Positions 33,086 to 44,372 of a DNA stretch of 64,000 nt are shown here, piece by piece. The notes below the pieces were generated by a model that was given only the letters and a program-made list of their open reading frames with translations, made no database searches and was not told where the DNA came from. The DNA is from Phallusia mammillata (taxonomy: Eukaryota). The DNA lies in contig OZ281499.1 of assembly GCA_965637545.1 (NCBI GenBank), positions 9,982,001-10,046,000 on the forward strand. The letters run 5' to 3'. Every line of letters starts with the position of its first letter. Positions within the stretch are counted from its first letter, which is position 1. The position numbers were made by a program, and so were the translations under genes.

Positions 33086-34494
33086 TTAATTTTTCCTTGA
33101 ATGACTAAGTGAACAATGGCAGCTTGATAAGATATGCTTGCATAAATGTTCGACGGATGGCAAATTGTACCTCTTTTTGCCTGGCCGACGAATGTGAAAT
33201 GATAAGTAATACGAAGTCTTTGCGACGTTCACCAGGCAGGAGGGTTTGAAACTGCCGTGTGTCTCAAAACGTCTAATCATTACCTAAAAAACAATCATTT
33301 GTGAAAAAGTAAATCTAACGACGAGAATGGTATGCAACAGTGCATAATGGTCTTTCAGATATGGTTAGGTAAATCAAATCGTTAAATAACCAAAGAAATT
33401 TATCAAAACTTACGCAGTCTCTAGGAATAAGATTTGTCATCGAATCTCGGAGATTTTTAATATGTTTTGTGAAATGAACTCGATGCGTTCTTGAGTGAGT
33501 GTAATGCGTATGTTCCTTTTGTAAAATGTACTGTAGAAGGCTATAAAGAAAATATAAAGAGTTGGAGAACGCTCCCTTATGCAAAAAACACATCACTGTT
33601 CACCTTTGATCTCTTAAACTCACATAACCTATTATCAAACTTTTGTATTATTAAAAAACACATGGCGGTTACACTTTAAGATAAAAACATACTTTTCGAA
33701 AACGCCAAAATGTTTCCAAATTAATTTACTAAGTTGCGCAATCCAATTTCTTGCTTATGGTACCGTCTATATTTTAAAATACGCCTGGCAATTGTAATTA
33801 AATGGTATAATTGCAATTAACATGTCCTACCTGAGAAGGTCACTCACTCTTTGAAGTTCATACATAGAACCACGAGTAAAACTATTGTTGTTTGTGCCGG
33901 AAAAGTGCTTCACTGTGATCTATAATATAAATAAATTTTACTAGTCCTTCCCAAATAGAGGTTATAGGTGAACAGAACATTAGACAAAAATACAGTTTGA
34001 AACTTCTGAAATATTTTTTTAACATTGATTTGAAAATGCGCGGTATCTAAAAATAATAAAATATGTTTGTAAGTTTAAAATGCTAGAAATAATTTCGACA
34101 AAATTACCATCAGTTTGTCGAAGAACGTAGGGTATTTTTGCCTTTGTTAAGCCGAACTACATATTTAAAGTGGTTTAAATTTACTACCAAATAGACGATT
34201 TATATAAGACACTGATTTTAATATATACACCACAATTTATCAAATCACGAATAAATCAACTGTGAATTTTCCAAGAATAATACACATTCTCAATATAGTT
34301 GCTATGAAACTAGTTCTTACCTGCGAATGTCTATAAAGAGTCTCGTCCATAAGCATCTTCGCTGTAATGCGAATTTGCTTTGAAACAGAAGACCAATGTT
34401 TTTTAAACTTGCGGGAGCAGTTACCGGATAAAGCAGGCGTCGGTAGAAGGACAAAAATCAGAAAAACCAATACGTAATAACTTGGACTACTCAT
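33086..34494 (-). CDS. Orphan secreted protein, about 186 aa, with three phase-0 introns
   Basis: Exons 34321..34494 (MSSPSYYVLVFLIFVLLPTPALSG signal-like), 33848..33919, 33414..33530 and 33086..33283. The first three exons are multiples of 3 with GT-AG borders and no stops. A possible extra donor at 33170 makes the C-terminus uncertain. Confidence 0.55.
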
Positions 34495-37400
34495 TATTGC
34501 AACGAAGTCAATATAATTTAGGATTTACCTAAGAAAAAAAAATTTGCATAATTTGGGCTCCGATATTAAACACCAACCATTTTTTTCGTGATATGGTTTA
34601 GCGTAACTATTATTTACTATGCATGTCTGTAGGTATTTGTTTATACTCGAAGCCGTACGAAATAAGACTATAACTTAGTTTGGGCCTGTACTTATTTTAA
34701 TTTCTACAAGCGTTTAAATAAAAAAAATTTAAAGCTCAAATTTAGTTTAAGAAAAACAAAAGAACTAAAACTACACAACCTAAATTACTAAAAAATTATG
34801 CGTCAAGTTTAAAATCAAAACATTTTTTCTGCGAAAGTTGTTACCCAACGTTTCATTATTTTAGAAACTCTTGACATCCACGGGGCGCCAGTACCCTAAC
34901 TGATCTCTTCCCATTAACGTCGGGTTCTTATATACTTGCCACTACGAGGTCCTGCATACCTGACTGCCTGTTTACAAGCACGTGGCCGCCGCAAAGGTTC
35001 AGAAGACCTCGCGACAATAGATGTTCGGTTCACATGCTCTTGGGTGCAGACAGAAACAGATTAGGAAAATGTAAATAAATCGTGAGTTCAGTACAAGCTG
35101 ACTTCGGGGTCTATCTAGATTTTTAATACGAACAGACCATTTTGACAACTTGTGCCATCTGCATTTTGTGCGTTTTTCAGCTTTGCTTGTATCTTCAATT
35201 TCGCATTTGAAAGACCTATATGGGTATGGATGGTTGTCATTTATCACAAATACACATTTTGCATAATCGTTCAATTCAACTTCTTGGAACGAGACACAAC
35301 TGCTGCTGCTTCAGACGTATAGCATATAGGATTTTACAAAAAAACAATCGTTATAAGTTATGTTAACGTTTTGCTAGCACTTAATCCGACTTCTAAGCCT
35401 TGGCGAAGTTACTGGAGTCAAGGCTGTATGCACCGTCTTTGCATTACATTTTTCTATATTTGTTTGCACATTTATTTTTTATGTTATATTCTTTTTTGGG
35501 TTATTTTACTCGAGTGTGTGGTAAAATAAAAAAAAAGTTAGAATTAGCTGCTTTTGTTTTCATAATCTTTATTGGTTTTTGTTTACTTTACTTTGTGTGT
35601 GTGTTAATATTTTTTTATTCGGTTTCAAGTGTGCTTTGCAGCTCCGAAACTTTGCGGTTGCAGATACGGAATGGGTCATTGCAAACCTCATTGTATGCTT
35701 GGTCGGTGGACCACAACCGTTCAAGGAATTAATCCACCATGGGTCATACCGACGACAAACAAATCGCTATAGCAACTCGACGCAAAATTAATCCGAACAA
35801 ATTTATTTAGAACCAATCCTACTACAATGCCATGTAAAAACTTTCTCCCCATTTATCCATAGAAACTTGAGCGAAAAAGATGTCTTTAAATTGACGATGC
35901 AGTTACGCTGGATTTGACGGACTGTTTTGCGTGACCACGTTACGTACTGTGCTGAGATTTTCCTGGCTTTGGTGGAGTAGGCGTCGCAAGCTATTTTGGA
36001 GCAGGTATCTGCGTGACCTGGCGACTATTTGAACTGGGCGGCGAGTTCACACAATCTGCTGCCGACAGCAAATTGTTTTTATTTGCTTGACATGCAATAA
36101 TATTTGCTCGGGTCACTGAAATTTGCTGTGCTCTATACTTACACTTAGCACTTTCTCACACTATATTATTACAACCACAGTTGCGTATACCGGACCGGGT
36201 ATGAGCTGGGTTCGGGCTTGATTTAAATAAAATGTGTTTGAGCCCGGCCTGACTTTACCAACTATCATTCGGGCTTTGTTTCAAACAAATTTAGTTCGGG
36301 CTAGGTTTTATACCTGTACTGTTTGGTTCCGGTTAAGTTTGAGCTCCGATTTCGAAACCCCTTACAACTCTGATTACATCACTCTACAACTCGTTCAGAG
36401 AAACAATCATTTTGCAAAACAGTTAGGGATAATATACCTTCTCATCAAAGTAGTAATACGATAAATACAAACACATACACTATCAGATGAGGAATGGGTG
36501 GAGCATGTGTGGAAAACAAAACAAACATCGATGGACTATGAAGAAGAGTACAATAGATCACATATTTTTTCTGAAAACCATTTCTTGTAATTTGTTTAAT
36601 GTTAATCTATATGCACTTCAAAAGCAGAAATTTTCGGAGAGGTATTATTTTGTATTTCTTGTCTGAAATGCATTAATGGCGATTAAACGAAAGAAAGCGT
36701 AACACAATGAAAAAAAAACTAAGGCTTGTTATAAATGTGAAATAAACGTCCTGGCAAAAGAGGTGAAATCCATTGCAGTAGGTTGTAATTTCCATCCTAT
36801 CAAGCCAAATTTTCCATCGAAAGTTTATGAAATCTACAATGTTTGGTGTTAAACTGATTTTGCACAGCCTTTACAAACTTTAACATTTTGAAAAACGCTG
36901 CTTACCAAGAAATAACTCGTTTGGTTCTGAATATTTAACTTCAACTCTACAAATGCAAAAAAGGTTATTTCAGTTAAAGTGTATTGTAAAAGCTAGACTC
37001 CAAAGAGTTAAAACTGCGTTTGATATTGATCACCTGGTGTTGTCCAAAGAAGCTCAGATCTGTTAAATCAAACAACACAGTGGAAAAACCCAAACTAATC
37101 ATTTTGTTGCAGTGTGTTGAAGCGTAATATCCATAAATACCCCGCATGGGCTCTAATTCGACTGTATGAAGGCCTATTTTTTTATCATCAGAAAGCAATA
37201 AGCGCTAAAAGCCAGACGATTTGGGTTACTGTGGTAAGATAGGGACATTTGTACTTTACCGTTAATTCATTAAAAATGTTTTTTTTATTGGTTTAGCTAC
37301 AAATACACGATATAGCAAATATGTTCTCACCCCCAAAAAGCATTTTAGTTGTACGCCTTTTCTACACCTGATTTTAAATATTTGGCATGGATTTCATATT

Positions 37401-38009
37401 CAATCGCGAAGGCTCGCATTGGGCTAAACACTTAGGGTCAATCGATTCAGGATTGAATCAAATTATAGCTTTGGTGCCATTGCCCTTTTCACTATATTTG
37501 ACGCAACGTCGTGTTTTGCGTGACCACGTTGCGTGTGGAGAGATTTGCTGGCTTAGGTTTATAGAAGGTCACGCAACTTGCGGACTGGGTGACCTGGCGG
37601 CTATTTGACCTCTACGTCGAAGTTCAAAACTTCTTAACCGATTCGCCAAACCAGTGTGCCGGCTATTCAACTTTTATGTGGTTAATTTGGTAATAAAAAT
37701 TGTGAACAAAATGAAATTGAGTTCAATTTTACCTTAAAAAAATAGGTTTTAGACTTTTAGACGAATTGTAGCCTGTATATTGTTGTGATTTGTCCATGTT
37801 GACGCTTCCAAACCGTTTTGTTGTAACTCAACCTTCAACAAATTTAGATTGTAGATTATGTTTCTTTTGATAAACTGAAGTGAATATATCTTAAACCCAA
37901 AATGGGTAAACCATAACGGCGAAAAGAATAGTAGTCCTAACCACATTTTTCAAGAAACTTGTTTTGCAATCTTTTGCATTTTTTTCAGATCTGTTTGTTT
38001 CCATGAAAC

Positions 38010-38219
38010 CCAGATGGTAAAACATTTGGTCAAATATACTCAATGTTACATGGTGTGTGATCAAACATACATTAACCACGAATCTAAAAAAGTATCATAA
38101 TAGACGATTGTATAGCGTTTCTACTTACCCGCCGTTACTGAAGTTAGAGGCTCAACTGTGGCAAATCTTGCTGTAATGCTGACTAGCAGTAAATGCATCA
38201 GAAACATCACAAGTTTTAT
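38010..38219 (-). pseudogene. Peptide family locus D1 (start codon lost, frameshift)
   Basis: Exon1 38129..38219 is the paralog of 55930..56021 but has ATA instead of ATG and a 1-bp deletion in TSVNGG. Exon2-like 38010..38083 reads FVVNVCLITHHVTLSIFDQMFYHL. Confidence 0.6.
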
Positions 38220-38632
38220 TGCGAATCAAAAGGCTACATAAAATAATCCAAACCTTGGTAACTTTTTGCTGCAAAAAAACTAAAAAATGCAAACATTGAA
38301 CAACGCAACACACAAAATACAAACTCTGAAAATAATATTTTCAAGTTATTACACTTCACCGCCACAGTAAGTTTAACACAAAGGTCTACTTGGTGATTAA
38401 AATGGATTCACATCCTAATGGTTTTCCATTAATTTGTGGGATGGCGACGTTGAACCGTAAACAATATTAATGTCTTCTTATCTTTACTAGAAAATTTTGT
38501 TTAAAGTTGTCATAATTAAGTTACATAACTTGAAAATCTACTAACACCACGGCAAACCCACACTTAGAAGAGCAAAAATACCTATTTAAAACGGCCTGTC
38601 TAAAAAAATGCTGACTATAAGGGCTATCAGGG

Positions 38633-39088
38633 CAGAGTTGCAATCGGGCCCAAAATCTGAGCCCGAACCCGGCCCGAACCCGGCCCGAACCCGGCCCGAA
38701 CCCGGCCCGAACCCGGCCCGAACCCGGCCCGAACCCGGCCCGAACCCGACCCGAACCCGACCCGAACCCGAAAGTATAAGCCCGAAGCCCGGCCCGAACT
38801 CGAAACGTTTTTGAGAAGCCCGTTTAGGCCCGAAATTTTGATTGACAAGACAACAAACACAAGACAACAAACACAATGAACAATAGTAGACAATGGCGTA
38901 AACAATATGTTTTAGAGTAGGGTGGGCATTAGAGCAAAGCCAGAGACTTGTTATTTAGCTGAGTGATTTTTTTCAAACAAAAATGGCGGACACGGAACGT
39001 AAAGTCAGGCCCGTTTTAGCCCGTTTTCTCACAAATACCTAAGCCTGAACCCGGCCCGAACCCGAACTCGGCCCGACTTGCAACTCTG
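38633..39088. mobile_element. MITE with cagagttgcaa TIRs and an internal 11-bp minisatellite (cccgaacccgg)n
   Basis: TIRs cagagttgcaa / ttgcaactctg; perfect 8-bp TSD tatcaggg; empty site in the paralogous block at about 56860. About 9-10 tandem 11-mers at 38662-38770. Confidence 0.92.
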
Positions 39089-40258
39089 TATCAGGGTTGA
39101 AGTAAGGTATTATCATTAAAACATTCAACGAAACTAACTTTAAAACTTGTTTTCCAACCCTGTCCTCTTTATTATTTTTTTTCACGGGGTTCGAACCCAG
39201 GACACTCCAGGGGACGAATCCCGATCAAGGTTTTTTTCTATGTCTGTATATGGGTCAGGCGCGCCAGGCCATTCGGCCAAGGGTGCTAAATCAATAATTC
39301 AGTTCTTTGCGCCACCTATCGAAATTTAGCTAAGTTGGGGTCCGTCGTGAGGTTTGGTCTTATTGGTTCCACCATTGAAATCAAGAATCTGTACCGGTGA
39401 ACAGTGTTTTTTTTAAGGTGTTTTGGGGGACCGAAACGGTCCCCCAAATTTCTCCAGCGGTTTCCCAAAATTTGGACTTGCAACTACAGTGGCTATTTTT
39501 TGGTATTTAAATGAAACACTTGCGGTCTCTTAAAACTACTTAGCGGTCACCCAAACCAAACCTTAAAAAAAACCTGCCGGTGAACTTTTATAATGCTCTG
39601 TCCATTAGATAGATGAACATTTACCATGTCCATTTATAACAAAAGGCCTTAAAACGTATGTAAGGGCAGAATTAGAAAATTTTTAGACCGCCTCTTCACA
39701 ATGTGTCCAGTGGGTAGCGCACTCCATTTTATTTTCAGAAAAAGGATACTACCACTAAGTATAGTCAGCACCCGCTTCCATATCATCGTTTTTTGTCGGG
39801 AAATTGCTAAAAAAATTCCAAGTAATTGGAAGGAATTATCTGGGATTTTTTCAGTAAAGTCGAGCTTGCGTTTGAGGACATATCTGTCCGCTGCCCCGTG
39901 AGTTATTAGTAGTTGCTATGCATCTGATATTCAATGTGTAATAAAATGCATATTTGTGTGCATAGTTGGTGTAAGCTGTTGTTGTATTTGTTTGCTTTCC
40001 ATCAACGTGGACAAAGCTGACATTGAAATATAACTTACATGTTACAATATATTTTACGACTTTTTCTAAGATAAACTTTAATTCATAAAAAAAACTTTGG
40101 TAACTGACGCGACTGGTAATCATGCAAGTTTACAGGTTTTAAGCGAAGTTTTGGGTTTTTAGTTTATTGGCAATTTCAATTTTAAACATGTGATAAATAT
40201 GGTTTTCTAACTTTGCTTTTCTTTTGTTAAGTTTCAAAGTTAACATTTGAGATAAAAC

Positions 40259-41390
40259 ATGACTAAAATACTTGCGATTTTGCTGATTTCATCAGTCATG
40301 TTGATGCGTGCGTCATTGGTCTATGCCCAGTTTCCAAACTCGGATGCAGAGTAAGAAACTCAGTTTGTTTTCTTTAAACATTTTATGTAATTTGGAACAC
40401 TATATACGGATCTGTTCATAAGTTTAATGGTGAAAATAACGGCCCAAATAGACGTAAAAAGCGACATGCTTTATTGTTCAAACGTTTCGGCAAATGCTCA
40501 TGCCATCATCAGTGATATATTTTTACGTCTATTTGGGCCGTTATTTTCACCATTAAATTTTATGTAATGATACGTCAGTGAAATCCAACGTGTGTCGTAA
40601 TTGTGTACCTAGCTAGCATTTACTTAACATCAGTGGTCGGCAACCACCGGTCCGCGGCCCGGTGCTGGTCCGTGAGAAGTTTGTTACCGGGCCGTAAAAA
40701 CTTGCTCAAGGTTCACATTGATCAAAGTTGTAATAACTGTAATTAGTTTTCAGTGTTGAACATTTGTGGTTTCAAATCGGTCCGTAGTGTAAAACAGGTT
40801 GCCGACCCCTGCTTTACATTGTATAGTCCTTGTTTGTATTGGTTACGAGAAATTAAACACAGAATTGTTTTATCACCGGTCCTAACGAAGCTACAACGGT
40901 TTCCACTAAAGCAGCGGTTCCCAAACTGGGGTCCGCGGTCCTTTAGGGGTCCGTGAGGCAATTTTGGGGGGACCGCGAAGCGGTTGAAGTAATTCTATAA
41001 TCTTATTTGGCGTCAGTTTGTGCCACTAAATAAGTTTAAATCAAAGTAGAATTGAGAATCGATTGTCTCCATTGCTAAACAATGGCCTTTATTGAATGAC
41101 AACTAGCAAAAATGCAATTGTTCGCGTTTGTCCTGTTAATGTTTTTGTCCTGTTTGTGATGTCGTATGCTGTCTTTGGATGATTGTTATGCGCAATTTTG
41201 CATAACTAGCTGAAATCCTGCAATCAACTTTCGTTTTTATGAAATACACATTTAGGCTTAACGACCGCGAGCCCTCGAAATAATGGCAAAGGGACCGTTT
41301 TGAAAAAAATATGAAAAAGTTTGGGAACCACTGCACTAAAGGGTCCTCTGTTTTACATCGCTTTCCGCATAGAAAATAAATGAAATAGTG
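40259..41390 (+). CDS. Peptide family locus E1; putative exon 2 interrupted by a MITE
   Basis: Exon1 40259..40350 MTKILAILLISSVMLMRASLVYAQFPNSDA (phase 2). Exon2 from 40827 reads PCLYWLREIKHRIVLSPVLTKLQRFPLK, then MITE 40912-41333; the original frame resumes GPLFYIAFRIENK*. Confidence 0.5.
40392..40557. mobile_element. Penelope-like palindromic insertion with an intact minimal hammerhead motif (40478-40515, minus)
   Basis: 37-bp perfect inverted arms (40423-40459 / 40521-40557); 11-bp TSD ttttatgtaat; absent from the paralog at about 57870. Minus strand reads tca-CTGATGA-t-GGCA(8 nt)TGCC-GAAAC-GTT-tga. Confidence 0.75.
40631..40811. mobile_element. hAT-type MITE
   Basis: TIRs cagtggtcggcaacc / ggttgccgacccctg; TSD cttaacat/ctttacat; absent from the paralog. 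Confidence 0.85.
40912..41333. mobile_element. hAT-type MITE (family also at 60586 and 47619)
   Basis: TIRs cagcggttcccaaac / tttgggaaccactg; perfect 8-bp TSD cactaaag. Confidence 0.92.
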
Positions 41391-41466
41391 TTATCTGTAA
41401 AAACTAAAGGAGTGTGGTGATGTACTATTGTTCCTTGATATTAATGACTAAAACTAGTGGTTAAAC

Positions 41467-41961
41467 ATGGTTAAATTACTTGCAATTTTGCTGATGACAG
41501 TCCTGTTATTAAGTTTATTGTCAATTAATGCCGATGTAGCAATAGGTGGAGTGTAAGAAGCACTTACTGTCCCATTTTTAATACTTGTAACATTACTGCA
41601 AGACCTTTGGGTTCTAAATCGTTTACGTAGAGAACATTCAAGAGAATTAAAATGCCATCTTTTTTGCAGTCAAAGTCTTTTCTACGACAATGTTAAGAAC
41701 AGGTTCGAAACTTTGCAGTTGGAAGAAGAAATGGGGGAAATGTTTCATGGTTAGTATCAGCATAGGCCACAGTTTTGTTTTCCAACTTTTCAATAGTTGC
41801 TAAGTAAAGATGGATTAAAGTATAAGAGATCTCTTCACCGATAATCCAAAACACAATTACAACTTTCATGGTGTTTTGCTCAACCATGCCTCAACCACTA
41901 ATAACATAGTTTCAAACTTTTATGTTTCGATCTTTTAGATTTGAAGCGAAGCAGAGGATAA
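41467..41961 (+). CDS. Secreted peptide precursor B1 (62 aa)
   Basis: join(41467..41552,41670..41749,41939..41961): MVKLLAILLMTVLLLSLLSINADVAIGGVQSLFYDNVKNRFETLQLEEEMGEMFHDLKRSRG*. The 80-nt exon 2 has phases 2/1, as in the other members. Confidence 0.75.
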
Positions 41962-43734
41962 TTAACGCTGAAAGCAAAAACTTCTCTGGATGTTGAAAAC
42001 ACAAGGAAATAGTTTTTTTTGCCTTAGATCACTTTTGTTTTGCTGTGTGACTAAAATAAATAAATAACACGGTTAATGTTGGATCTGTCTCTGTCTACAA
42101 GTGTAAGTTTTATGGTTACTACCATTTTAAATGTTCTGTTTCAAGAGTCCAAAATCCAGCGCCTAATTTTGAAACAAAAAATTGAACATTGCACATATGT
42201 AGCTTTTCAACCGCACTCCTCTAATTTTTCCCTCACCAGCGGGGACGTGTTTTCGATAATTTTTAGAAAAAAACGTGGAAAATTATTATTAAACTATTTG
42301 CTTGTTTTGCATTAATTGCATAATGTAGCGAAGTATTTAAAGATAAATTGTTTGTTTAGAGTTTAAATTATTGGTCATGTAAGGACAGGGTCACAAGCTT
42401 GTCAAATTTTAGCGATTTACACAGCAGTACTATAGGCGGGGTTGCCATACCGTCCTTATTTCTAAGATTTGTCCTTATTTTGAAGGGCTGTGTCTTAGAA
42501 AAGTTCATTGTCCTTATTTTTGACTGTAGTCCTTATTTTGCCTTATTTTTTACAATTTCTATAGTCAAATCCCTGCAACAAGTAGAAGTGAACCTAGACC
42601 CGGCCCGATGTGAGATGCACTTAGTATTTTCTACGAACAACGAGTTGCTGTAACAGATTATTTCTGGCCAAAATATTGCAAATATTATGTCATGGCTCGT
42701 ATAAAAGCAAAGATTTGTTCAAAAACGTTTGTTTCGTTTCGCATGAAAAATTAATTTTACGGTTGTCCTTATTTTTGATTTCAAGTAGATGGCAACCCTG
42801 ACTATAGGCCTTTATTAGAAGATTAATTCTAAATCAAACTTGTTAACCAAGCATTTCCATATGGCAGGATCAGGCAAAAAGAATTTAGACCAACAAAAGG
42901 AGTTCAATGTAGTTTTGAAACCAACATGTAGAATTACTTTGATAAGCAGAACAAACACGAAATAAAACTTATTCTATAATTGAACACAAACTTTGTACTT
43001 TGCCATATCGTGCAATGCACCTTTAGCCTAAGTGTTCCTGCCATTTCAATTGGTTTTGATTTTGTTGTCTGATGGACACATTACTACTTTTTTTCAGTTT
43101 CAAATTTAGATTTATTCTAAACATGTGAAACTTTCAGGTCTAATACAAATGCTTACCATAAATATATTTGGGTTTGAAATTAAAGTTCACAATCAGAATA
43201 AAAAAGTTGTCTATGTATGAGTGCAGCATCTTTGTCGACATTTGTCTTATAACTTCAAAAGGTGTATGGGCCAGGCTTGAAGAAATATCTTAACCAGCAG
43301 CAACCGGCACGTCTATCTCACTTTGTGCAGGGTGCTGCGTCTCAAATATCTCTGTTATTCTTTTGTTGATCTGTAATGATCGATTTATGTTAACGGTCGC
43401 TAATAATTCTCAAGGTTATTACTTCGTCACTACAAATTAAAGAGCTATACTACTGTCCTTAACCTCCCAAGCTCCTGAGATTGCCAGGATAGAGTCCTGG
43501 AAACTCCACACAAATGTCTTGCACTTCAGTTTGTTAGTTTATGACAAGAGAAAGAGAGAAGAGAGATCGAAATGAACGAGTGCGGTTTTATATATATTCC
43601 GGACAAAGGCGTTAAATAATATACATGTACTCTAGCGATTGGCTCTTGCACAATTACCACATAAAGCATCGTCCAATCACAGCACAGCACAAAGCACGAA
43701 GTGAAATTCGTAACCACCATATCACAAAGTCGCA

Positions 43735-44190
43735 CAGAGTTGCAAGTCGGGCCGGGCTTTTCGGGCCGGGTTCGGGCCGGGTTCGGGCCGGCTTCGGGCC
43801 GGCTTCGGGCCGGCTTCGGGCCGGCTTCGGGCTTAGGTATTTGTGAGAAAACGGGCTTAAAACGGGCCTGACTTTACGTTCCCTGTCCGCCATTTTTTTT
43901 GAATAAAGTCACTCAGCTAAGTAACAATTCTCTGGCTTTGACCTAATGCCCACCCTCCTCTAAAACGTATCGTTTACCCCATTGTCTACTATTGTTCATT
44001 GTATTTGTTGTCTTTCTCTTTTTTCTTTCTCATCCTTTGTTGCAAGGCTTTCGTGGATAGGTCTGTCAATAAAAATTTCGGGCCTAAACGGGCTTTGCAA
44101 AAACGTTTCGGGTTCGGGCCGGGCTTCGGGCTTATACTTTATGGTTCGGGCCGGCTTCGAGCTTAGATTTCGGGCCCGCTTGCAACTCTG
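43735..44190. mobile_element. Inverted copy of the 38633 MITE family with a (gggccgggttc)n tract
   Basis: Same TIRs and internal sequence in reverse orientation; no TSD seen. Confidence 0.85.
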
Positions 44191-44300
44191 GGCTGATTCC
44201 AGTTATAAATTTCAATGTGGCGATTCCCTACTATACGAAGCTGACATCTTCAACATAGGAACGTGGCTTGTGATTCGATATGTGACGGGCTCACGGCTGA

Positions 44301-44372
44301 ACCTGGTAGCTCAGTTGGTAAAGCCCGACTCACGGCAAAGCTGTCGGCGTGGGTTCAAGACCCACCGCAGGT
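44301..44372 (+). pseudogene. tRNA-like module (pseudo-tRNA or SINE head) inside a dispersed repeat of about 280 bp
   Basis: A-box tagctcagttggta, perfect T-arm GTGGG-TTCAAGA-CCCAC, acceptor ACCTG/CAGGT; anticodon arm non-canonical. A second copy is at 55149-55221 and a decayed one at about 49320-49385. Confidence 0.6.

Noticed and set aside
34999-35791. Cys-containing ORFs 34999-35274 (-) and 35579-35791 (+)
   Set aside because: No ATG or clear splice context, no paralog and no recognisable motif; I could not support them as exons, though coding cannot be excluded.
36486-36590. Acidic exon-like DEEWVEHVWKTK...
   Set aside because: The paralog at about 55560 has an in-frame stop at codon 4.
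38662-38770. CRISPR-like repeat array
   Set aside because: Head-to-tail 11-mers with no spacers, in a eukaryotic context, with no cas genes.
38586-38905. Gly/Arg/Pro-repeat ORFs (also 43625-43893)
   Set aside because: These are translations of the 11-bp minisatellite inside a MITE with TIRs and a TSD, not genes.
44301-44372. Functional tRNA gene
   Set aside because: The anticodon arm cannot form a canonical 5-bp stem with a 7-nt loop in either copy, so it is reported only as tRNA-like.
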